Source of the DNA: a virus
Strand: one strand, 5' to 3'
Length of the DNA stretch: 34,506 bases
Virus record (IMG/VR): IMGVR_UViG_3300025035_000001
The number at the start of each line of letters is the position of its first letter. Positions within the stretch are counted from its first letter, which is position 1. The position numbers and the translations under genes were made by a program. Positions 27,385-34,506 of this stretch are shown piece by piece. The notes under the pieces are model-generated. The model was not told the origin of the DNA and made no database searches. It saw only the letters and a list, made by a program, of their open reading frames with translations.

Positions 27385-27927
27385 ATGGTAGCTACTCCAA
27401 TTTCTAAAGTAGTATCTCCTCAAATTATAGGAGATGTGAAATACGGATTTCAGACTTCTGATCATAACGGTTGGATAAAATTAGACGGTAGACCTTTTGA
27501 TCTACTAACTGATGGGTTAACACCTACTCAAAGAGATGCTGCTATCAGTATAGGTTTTTTTTCCGCATTACCGAACGCAACAAATTCTTTTCTACAACAA
27601 AATACTAATCCAATCGGTGAAGTATTTGGTAGCAACTCTAAAATTATAAATAGAGATAACTTACCCAATGTAACATTAAGCGGTACTACTAATGGATCTG
27701 GAGACCATGTTCATTCTTATGAGAGAAGAACTCAAAACAGAGATGTAAACGGTATAGGAGGTGTGGGAGTTAGTGGTCAAAGTACTTCTACTTTTAATAC
27801 TTCCGTAGCAGGAGGTCATACTCATACAATTACAACCGAAAGTTTAAATGGTAATATTACTCAAGAAGAACTTGACATAACTCCAAGAACATTATCAATA
27901 AATGTTTTTTTATTTTTAGGTGATTAA
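27385..27927 (+). CDS. Short tail fibre protein with a tail-collar domain and His-x-His tip motifs
   Basis: IIGDVKYG...DHNGWIKLDGR...LPN collar pattern; GDHVHS and GGHTHT metal-binding fibre motifs; C-terminal ITPRTLSINVFLFLG. Confidence 0.75.
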   Translation: MVATPISKVVSPQIIGDVKYGFQTSDHNGWIKLDGRPFDLLTDGLTPTQRDAAISIGFFSALPNATNSFLQQNTNPIGEVFGSNSKIINRDNLPNVTLSGTTNGSGDHVHSYERRTQNRDVNGIGGVGVSGQSTSTFNTSVAGGHTHTITTESLNGNITQEELDITPRTLSINVFLFLGD

Positions 27928-27938
27928 TATATTTTAAA

Positions 27939-29015
27939 ATGGCTAACGAATTAAACTATTACGGAAACCTAAGTCAAACAGGGCTTACAGTTATAGCAAG
28001 AGTATATGACGCAACAGGAACTCAAGTAGGCTTGGATATATCTTGTACTGAAGACACTGGTTCTTTAGCTATTTATTCTGGAGATATGCCTACTGCACCA
28101 TTAGGTGTATACGGGGTTCGTTTTTTTGATGGTTCTACTTTATTAGGTCAAGGAAGTATAAATTGGAGTGGTCTTAAAGAAACGGATTTAATTATTACTG
28201 ATAATGGACTTTTAAACAAAGTAATTTACTTTAATCCTTCAGCCTCTGTTAATGGTGACGGTACAAACAGTAATCCATTTAACAACCTTGCAGATGTTAT
28301 TACTAAATCTGACAATGAAGGCATTGAAACTATAAAAGTTACTTCTGGAAACTTTTTTACTCTTTCACAATCATGTATAGGTAAAAAATTTAAAGGAACA
28401 GGCTATGCTATAAACTTAGGTAATCAAGATATAACTGATTCAGAATTTGAAAATGCGTATATATCAGGCGTAGGAACAGCTACGTTAAATAGATTCGTTA
28501 CTTTTAGAGACTGTGTTTTAGGAAGAACTTTAACTTCTGCGAATATTACAACTATCCCAGCGGGTATTTTTTACAATTGTTCAATTGTTATTGTTAACAT
28601 ATCCTCTGTAGGTTTTTACGAATTTATTGATTGTTATAGTGGGAGAGGAGCTTCTCTACCTCTTATTAATTTTCTTTCTGTTTCAGGTATTACTGTTTCT
28701 CTTAGAAGATACTCTGGAAATATGTTTGCAAGAAATTTAGTCGCTGGGTCAGTTATCGTTTTAGATAGCACAAGTGGAGATGTTTTTAGAATTACTGGAA
28801 CGGGTGGAACAGCGATACTCACAGGTATGATTGGCAGAGTTGATGATTTTTCTGGAGGTAATGTAGGCATTGGTTCAAACTCTTTAGTGAATAAAGTTGA
28901 TTTAGCTTTAGAAACTACTCAAGTAGAGATGAAAGAAAATCAAATCACGTTAAACGAAGGAATTAAAAACAGTAGCTTATTAATCCCATATACTGATAAT
29001 TTACCAAATATTTAA
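27939..29015 (+). CDS. Putative tailspike-like protein with a beta-helix region
   Basis: IYFNPSASVNGDGTNSNPFNNLADVI is a typical beta-helix cap and is followed by short repeated beta strands (FRDC, FYNC, FIDC). Confidence 0.55.
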   Translation: MANELNYYGNLSQTGLTVIARVYDATGTQVGLDISCTEDTGSLAIYSGDMPTAPLGVYGVRFFDGSTLLGQGSINWSGLKETDLIITDNGLLNKVIYFNPSASVNGDGTNSNPFNNLADVITKSDNEGIETIKVTSGNFFTLSQSCIGKKFKGTGYAINLGNQDITDSEFENAYISGVGTATLNRFVTFRDCVLGRTLTSANITTIPAGIFYNCSIVIVNISSVGFYEFIDCYSGRGASLPLINFLSVSGITVSLRRYSGNMFARNLVAGSVIVLDSTSGDVFRITGTGGTAILTGMIGRVDDFSGGNVGIGSNSLVNKVDLALETTQVEMKENQITLNEGIKNSSLLIPYTDNLPNI

Positions 29016-29025
29016 TACAGTTAAA

Positions 29026-29976
29026 ATGGCTAGACAGCATAGATTATTTGATGTTGACGGTTTAGAAAAAAGAACCGATATTTTTGATGTTGTTAATGAC
29101 AAAGTAATTGTTGTTACAGATAAAGCCGGTCGTTTTGATAAGCAATATATGTTGTCAGTTCTTGAATTAATTGGAACAGGTAGTGGTAACGATATTTATC
29201 AAAAAGCTTCACCTACTACGGTTACAGTAGGTGGTTTACCTTCAGGTTCTAATATTTTTGGATTAACGGTATCAGAAATACTAGAACGTATTTTAGTACC
29301 TTCTTTACCGCCAACTTTTTCTTCATTTTCTATTCAAGGTCAATCGCAACTAATAGAGGTGGGTGTGACTTTTGACGGAGCTAAAAACTTTATATGGTCT
29401 ACCAGTAATTCACAAAACGTCAGATTGAATACTGTTTCTTTAGTAGATACTTCGGCGAATGTGATTTTATCAATGAATTTGGCAAATGATGGAAACGAAG
29501 TGTTAAATATAGTAGGTATAGATACTGAACTACCTTTTACTCAATCTTATGTAGCAAGAGCAATTAACGACTTAAATGGTTTACAAATACAATCCAACAC
29601 CTTTTCTGTACAAGGTATTTATCCTTATTTCTTTGGAACATCCGCTACATTACCTGTGATAGACCAAGCTTTAATTAATTCAGGAACTAAAGTGCTAAGT
29701 TCATCTAACGGTACGTTGAATATCACTTTTAATGCCGATATAGAATATTTATGGTTTGCTGTTCCTAATTCTGCACCTTTAAAAACACAATGGTTTGTAG
29801 ATACTTTAAACCAAGGTTCAATAGGCGGAGGTTCAGATTTATTTGCCTTACCTGTTAACTTAGTTACTAACTCTCCTTCTTCATTATGGTCTAATGTTAC
29901 TTATGAAATATATGTTAGTAATTTCGCAACCACTACAACAACAAATAGTACACCTGTAATGCAAATTAGAAACTAA
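29026..29976 (+). CDS. Virion structural/fibre protein
   Basis: Shares an N-terminal module with 30445..31179. Contains PTTVTVGGLPSGS...SEILERILVP and C-terminal YPYFFG...YLWFAVP. Confidence 0.55.
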   Translation: MARQHRLFDVDGLEKRTDIFDVVNDKVIVVTDKAGRFDKQYMLSVLELIGTGSGNDIYQKASPTTVTVGGLPSGSNIFGLTVSEILERILVPSLPPTFSSFSIQGQSQLIEVGVTFDGAKNFIWSTSNSQNVRLNTVSLVDTSANVILSMNLANDGNEVLNIVGIDTELPFTQSYVARAINDLNGLQIQSNTFSVQGIYPYFFGTSATLPVIDQALINSGTKVLSSSNGTLNITFNADIEYLWFAVPNSAPLKTQWFVDTLNQGSIGGGSDLFALPVNLVTNSPSSLWSNVTYEIYVSNFATTTTTNSTPVMQIRN

Positions 29977-30428
29977 TGGCTATAAATCTTAATGATAATA
30001 TTTATTCAGCGAGTCCTAAAGCATTAGATGCTAAATATTTACGATTCGATAATACACCTTATACCTCTATCACAGAAGTAAACACTACTATACCTCAAGC
30101 CTTTAGAAGTATTGGTTTAACGGTACTTGTAAATACAGAAGAATATTGGTATAGAAACGGTATATTTGATACCGATTTAATTTTAAAATCTAGTACTGGC
30201 GGAGGTTTAAAACAAATCTTTGTCATTAATGGAAACGGAGTAAATGACATATTTACAATAACACATACTTTAAACACCGAAGATATTTCTAATCCTGTAA
30301 TTAGAAGTGTTTTAACTGGAGAAATACAATATACCGGTAATACGGTTTTAAGTGTTACTCAATTTACAGTTGATTTCGGCTATATTCCTGCAATTGGAGA
30401 AGATTTTATAGTGATTGTTTTTGCGTAA
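29976..30428 (+). CDS. Virion structural protein
   Basis: MAINLNDNI...LDAKY...RSIGLTVLV...EYWY module plus a C-terminal 'GNGVNDIFTITHTLNT' beta module of the kind seen in phage fibre/decoration proteins. Confidence 0.55.
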   Translation: MAINLNDNIYSASPKALDAKYLRFDNTPYTSITEVNTTIPQAFRSIGLTVLVNTEEYWYRNGIFDTDLILKSSTGGGLKQIFVINGNGVNDIFTITHTLNTEDISNPVIRSVLTGEIQYTGNTVLSVTQFTVDFGYIPAIGEDFIVIVFA

Positions 30429-30431
30429 TGC

Positions 30432-30448
30432 TTATATTAGTAACATGG
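30432..30448 (+). promoter_or_regulatory. Second copy of TTATATTAGTAACATGG
   Basis: Identical to 1532-1548. It marks the ATG at 30445 as the real start. Confidence 0.5.
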
Positions 30449-31179
30449 AGAGATTATTTGATACCGATTCATTAGAGAAAAGAACCTCAATATTTGACGT
30501 TGATAACGACAAAGTTCTTGTAATTACTGATAAATCAGGTAGATTTGATAGACAATATCTTTTACCTATTACATCATTTTCTGGTGGAGCGTTTATTCCA
30601 ATCACTGAAAAAGGTCAATCTAATGGAGTAGTACCGTTAGATAGTAATGGTTTAATTCCTATTTCGTTTTTACCCTCTTTGAGTTCTTCTGAAATCAATG
30701 ATTCAATTATAACTTCGGTAACTACATGGTCTTCTTTTAAAATAGCACAAGAACTTGCTTTAAAAGGAGAAACTATTCATGCGTTAAATCATATTATAGG
30801 AGGTTCTGACGTAATCGACGGTGATAATATTCACATAACGTATATCCCTACCAATTATATTAGAGATAATATAAATACCGAAGGATTGACTTTAGAAGCT
30901 TTAGTAGCTCATTTAAAAGGTATTGATACAAAACTTATTAACGCTGGACAGAAGTTTGAAGAGGTTAGAGTGATTACGGGTTTAGAAGAAGCGACTAAAA
31001 GTTTAAATTTAACGTTCACAGTAAATAGTCCTACAAGAACAGAAATATTTCCTAAAAACGGCATTCGACAATTCTACGGTGATGATTTTATAGTATCTTT
31101 AAATACTATTTCGTGGTCAGGTTTAGGATTAGATGGGGTACTTGTGGCAGGAGATAAAATTTATATTACGTATCAATAA
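30445..31179 (+). CDS. Modular fibre/decoration protein (start reassigned from 30415 to ATG 30445)
   Basis: MERLFDTD aligns with MARQHRLFDVD of the 29026 gene. Contains the KGQSNGVVPLDSNGLIP fibre motif. Confidence 0.65.
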   Translation: MERLFDTDSLEKRTSIFDVDNDKVLVITDKSGRFDRQYLLPITSFSGGAFIPITEKGQSNGVVPLDSNGLIPISFLPSLSSSEINDSIITSVTTWSSFKIAQELALKGETIHALNHIIGGSDVIDGDNIHITYIPTNYIRDNINTEGLTLEALVAHLKGIDTKLINAGQKFEEVRVITGLEEATKSLNLTFTVNSPTRTEIFPKNGIRQFYGDDFIVSLNTISWSGLGLDGVLVAGDKIYITYQ

Positions 31180-31209
31180 CAACTTTCATTAAATTAAACG
31201 TTCACAAAA

Positions 31210-32553
31210 ATGTCTCAAATTAGAAAAAAGTTTATTGCCACAGATGCAATAGACGAATCAAAAATATTATTAAGTAATGATGGCGCATTAAGAGCAAGAA
31301 ACAACGCTGATAGTGCGGATGTTGAAATACTTAAATTAACAACTGCTGATGTTATTCAGTTCTTAAGTGTTCCTCAATCACCATCTCCTGCGGTCAACGC
31401 TAACGATTTGGTAATTCTTTCACAAATTCAATCACTGTTAGAGGGTTTAAAACCTAAAGAAGCTGTAAAAATCGCTACGACTGAAAATATTACACTTTCA
31501 GGTTTACAGACTATTGACGGTATTTTAACCGTAGCTGGAGATAGAGTTTTAGTCAAAAACCAAACAACGCAATCTCAAAACGGTATTTATACTGCGGCAA
31601 CAGGTGCTTGGGTGAGAGCTGATGATTTTGATTCTCTTACTCCTACAGATGAAATTAACGGTGCTTTAGTAGCCGTACAAGAAGGTACTGCAAACGCAGG
31701 TAAGATTCTTGTTCAAACGGGTAATGTTACCACTTTAGAAACGGATGCTATTATATTTGTATTTTTTAATTCTTCTACTACTTTAACAGGTGGAGATGGT
31801 ATCACGCTTACTTCAGGTACAGACATTGATATAGATTTAGCGACTAATTCAGGATTAGAATTAACAGCTAGTGATGGCACGGGGCAGTTAAGAATCAAAG
31901 GTCTTGCCGATTACTCTGCTACAGCATTACCTGACCAAGTGGCTATTGGTTATAATGCTACAGGTGAACTTATTTTAGACACTACTACAATCGCTTTAAC
32001 AGGAGGTGATGGTATTGATATAACTTCTGGTACAGTATCTATAGATTTAGTCGCTAATCGAGCTTTACAGTCTACTGGTGGACAACTTGATTTATTAATT
32101 GATGGTGTTTCATTAACTCAGTCAGCAACAGGTATTACGGTAGCCGTAGATGGGATTAAAGAAGCTGAAATTGATACTACCGTCGTAGATGCTGAGACAT
32201 TCTTAATTTCTACCGTTTATGACTCAAGCATTGCAACAGGTAATGTTACCGTAGGTGATACTGTTCAACAAGCAATTGAAAAAATAGAATCTAAAGTAGA
32301 TAATGTTGTAGGTGGTCAAATTCAACAAACTTTCACTCTTACAGCGGGTGATATTGTAAACGGATTTGTAACTCTTTCAGGAACACCTTTAAACGCAATT
32401 GCTACATTAATGGTACAAGGAGGTGGTGCACAATTACAAGGAATTGATTATACAATAGCTACTAACATATTAACTTTTGCAGGTGGTCTATCATCAGGAA
32501 CTGAAGCACTTGAATTAGGTAATGTGATTCAAGTTACTTATTTGACAGCATAA
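31210..32553 (+). CDS. Fibre/head-decoration protein
   Basis: KEAVKIATTENITLSGLQTIDG...GDRVLVKNQT...QNGIY...WVRADD domain, followed by T(A/G)GDGI-type shaft repeats. Confidence 0.7.
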   Translation: MSQIRKKFIATDAIDESKILLSNDGALRARNNADSADVEILKLTTADVIQFLSVPQSPSPAVNANDLVILSQIQSLLEGLKPKEAVKIATTENITLSGLQTIDGILTVAGDRVLVKNQTTQSQNGIYTAATGAWVRADDFDSLTPTDEINGALVAVQEGTANAGKILVQTGNVTTLETDAIIFVFFNSSTTLTGGDGITLTSGTDIDIDLATNSGLELTASDGTGQLRIKGLADYSATALPDQVAIGYNATGELILDTTTIALTGGDGIDITSGTVSIDLVANRALQSTGGQLDLLIDGVSLTQSATGITVAVDGIKEAEIDTTVVDAETFLISTVYDSSIATGNVTVGDTVQQAIEKIESKVDNVVGGQIQQTFTLTAGDIVNGFVTLSGTPLNAIATLMVQGGGAQLQGIDYTIATNILTFAGGLSSGTEALELGNVIQVTYLTA

Positions 32554-32562
32554 ACCGTATAG

Positions 32563-32600
32563 ATAGAGTCTGAGTAAATAACTTAGACTCTATTATATTT
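32563..32600 (+). terminator. Stem-loop, probable terminator or processing hairpin between paralogous fibre genes
   Basis: ATAGAGTCTGAGT-AAATA-ACTTAGACTCTAT, a 13-bp stem with one G-U pair, followed by TATATTT. Confidence 0.65.
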
Positions 32601-32620
32601 AACAAACTTAAAAACGAACT

Positions 32621-34506
32621 ATGTCAACAATCATTAAAAAGTACATTGGTAACGACCAAGTAGATGGGCAAAAGATATTATTGCTTAATGACCAAGAGTT
32701 TAGAGCCAAGTTGCAATTAGGTGGAACAACTGATTTGTTTAAGTTAGATACATCCAATGAATTACAATTTATTGAGATGATTAATCTTCCTACTATTGCA
32801 ACGCAATCAACTCATGCGGTTCGTTTTGACCAACTACAAGCTGCTTTAGAAGGACTTTCCGCAAAAGAAGCTGCTAGAGTCGCTACTACAAATAATATTA
32901 CCCTTTCAGGGCTTCAAACAATAGATGGAATCGTACTCGAAGATGGAGACCGAGTGTTAGTTAAAAATCAAACTACAGCTTCGCAAAACGGAATTTATGT
33001 AGCTTCCGCAGGAGTATGGTCAAGAAGTGCAGATGCTAATACTGAAGCTGAAATAACAAATGCTCACATCGCTATTCAAGAAGGAACGGATAATGCGGGA
33101 AAGTTTTACGTTCAAACAGGTCAAATAACTACATTAGATGTTGACCCTATAGTTTTCACATTTTTTAATTCTTCTTCTAATCTTGTAGGTGGTAACGGTA
33201 TTGACATTAGTGCCAATACTGTTACGGTAGGTTTAAAAACCGCAGGAGGACTTAAATTTGATTTAGGTGAACTTACATTAGAACCTACCGATATTGCAGG
33301 ATTTGGTTTAGAAGATGATGGTTCAGATAACCTCAGAGTCGCTTCAACAATAGCTGGAAACGGTCTTTCGGGTGGTTCAGGAACAGCTTTAACAGTAGTT
33401 TCGGATAATATAGGTTCAGCCAATATTGCTACTGCCATTTCAGTAACTACTGACGGTGTTGGTGTTAAAATAGACGGTGTTACTATTACAGAAAACGTAT
33501 CAGGACAATTACAAGTTGAATCTATTCCTTCTTCGGCGTTAGATGCTACTATTGCAGGAAAAGGTGTTTCTTTAAACGGAACGACAAATGCGATTGATGT
33601 TAATGTTGACGATGTAACCATTGAAATTGTAACAGATAATCTACAACTTAAAGACTTAGGTATTACAGGAGCTAAAATAGCTTCTGCAACTATTTCTGCT
33701 GATAAATTTACAGCTACTACTTTTGGCGCAGGACTTGTTCAAAATGTAAACGCAATTGATGTAAATGTTGATGGAACAACAATTCAGATTGTAGGTGATA
33801 CTCTTAGTGTAGTACCTAATTCTGTAACACCTGAATTACACGCAGACTCTCACGTTACCGGTGGTTCTGATATTATAGATGGTGATATTGTTGATATTAC
33901 TTACGTACCTTCTAATTATACAAGAAATATCACACCTTCTGAAGTAACACTAGTTACTGAATTAACCTCTCATTTAGCAGGTATAGACAATGCTTTAGCA
34001 GATGTTCAATCTTCTAATTTAGTAACGGAATATTTTACTTTATCCGCAGGAAATATTACAGATGGTTATGTTGACTTATCAAATAAAGCTGCTGGATTAG
34101 TAGAAGTAGTTGTTGAAGGTCTTGCACAACAGTTTATATCACAAGAGTTTACGTTAACCAACCCTTTAAACGGTAGAGTTACTTGGTCAGCAACCATAGC
34201 TAGTTTAATTACTGCTGGAGATAATATAGAGATACGGTATTTAACACAAGTGGGTATTGTAGGTTTAGCCGATGCTTCTATACAAATTAATACAACTGCC
34301 CCGTTAGCAGGAGGAGGAGATTTAACGAGTAATAGAACGTTATCTATTGATTCAACTGGAGCGAGTTCAGGAGATGTATTAAGCGCAGACGGTGTTGGTG
34401 GAGTTTCTTTTACAACACCTTCAAGTAGTTTAAACGATGTTACTGAAGGAACAGGTATCGCAGTAAATAAAACTATTCCTACCAATCCAGTAATTGCTTT
34501 AAACAA
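32621..34506 (+). CDS. Fibre/head-decoration protein, paralogue of 31210..32553, 3'-truncated (missing from the ORF track)
   Basis: ATG at 32621 gives MSTIIKKYIGNDQVDGQKILLLND...KEAARVATTNNITLSGLQTIDG...GDRVLVKNQTTASQNGIY. The frame is open to the window end. Confidence 0.85.
   Translation, partial: MSTIIKKYIGNDQVDGQKILLLNDQEFRAKLQLGGTTDLFKLDTSNELQFIEMINLPTIATQSTHAVRFDQLQAALEGLSAKEAARVATTNNITLSGLQTIDGIVLEDGDRVLVKNQTTASQNGIYVASAGVWSRSADANTEAEITNAHIAIQEGTDNAGKFYVQTGQITTLDVDPIVFTFFNSSSNLVGGNGIDISANTVTVGLKTAGGLKFDLGELTLEPTDIAGFGLEDDGSDNLRVASTIAGNGLSGGSGTALTVVSDNIGSANIATAISVTTDGVGVKIDGVTITENVSGQLQVESIPSSALDATIAGKGVSLNGTTNAIDVNVDDVTIEIVTDNLQLKDLGITGAKIASATISADKFTATTFGAGLVQNVNAIDVNVDGTTIQIVGDTLSVVPNSVTPELHADSHVTGGSDIIDGDIVDITYVPSNYTRNITPSEVTLVTELTSHLAGIDNALADVQSSNLVTEYFTLSAGNITDGYVDLSNKAAGLVEVVVEGLAQQFISQEFTLTNPLNGRVTWSATIASLITAGDNIEIRYLTQVGIVGLADASIQINTTAPLAGGGDLTSNRTLSIDSTGASSGDVLSADGVGGVSFTTPSSSLNDVTEGTGIAVNKTIPTNPVIALN

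Noticed and set aside
30415-30444. ORF-track start at 30415
   Set aside because: It overlaps the upstream gene. The ATG at 30445 aligns with the paralogue's N-terminus and follows the repeated 17-nt element.
3217-31898. Other short (60-83 aa) nested or antisense ORFs in the track
   Set aside because: All lie wholly or mostly within longer, well-supported plus-strand genes and show no motifs.
33121-34506. Minus-strand ORFs 33121..33621 and 34066..34506
   Set aside because: They are shadows of the unlisted plus-strand fibre gene starting at 32621, which is clearly paralogous to 31210..32553.
1-34506. Stop-codon reassignment (TAG=Gln or TGA=Trp), known in some crAss-like phages
   Set aside because: Code 11 already gives dense full-length genes. 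TGA and TAG stops are followed closely by new starts, and no tRNA gene was recognised.
1-34506. CRISPR array, diversity-generating retroelement, invertible repeats, introns or inteins
   Set aside because: I saw no regularly spaced DNA repeats, reverse transcriptase, A-specific TR/VR pair, invertase or homing-endonuclease motifs. MCP and muzzle lengths look uninterrupted. This was inspection by eye only.

Overview
An AT-rich segment of a dsDNA tailed phage genome with every credible gene on the + strand, read in the standard genetic code. Gene content and order point to the virion module of a crAss-like (Crassvirales-related) podophage, probably of Bacteroidota; starts lack Shine-Dalgarno sites. 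These family assignments come from recalled motifs and synteny, not searches. From 5' to 3': (1) fibre/hub-like genes, including a Cys-rich repeat protein and an FN3-like protein (<1-6114); (2) a core of acidic scaffold-like protein, major capsid protein, ring/tail-tube proteins, putative auxiliary capsid protein, two basic IHF-like proteins and a 1510-aa muzzle protein (6147-18470); (3) ten small to medium genes (18472-25037), including a truncated type IB topoisomerase, a minimal SET-domain protein and small basic Cys/Trp modules; (4) a T4 T-like holin candidate; (5) an array of modular fibre/decoration genes that runs off the end. The most striking unexplained signal is in block 3. Nine of its ten proteins carry a [basic/hydrophobic]-x-x-G-G-x-hydrophobic motif at their termini and internal domain boundaries. 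This suggests a capsid-cargo sorting or protease-processing signal that loads DNA-handling enzymes into the virion. Other notable points are a fibre-region gene split by a +1 frameshift at a T7A5 tract, a recurring TATATT promoter candidate, and a structured leader upstream of the auxiliary capsid gene.
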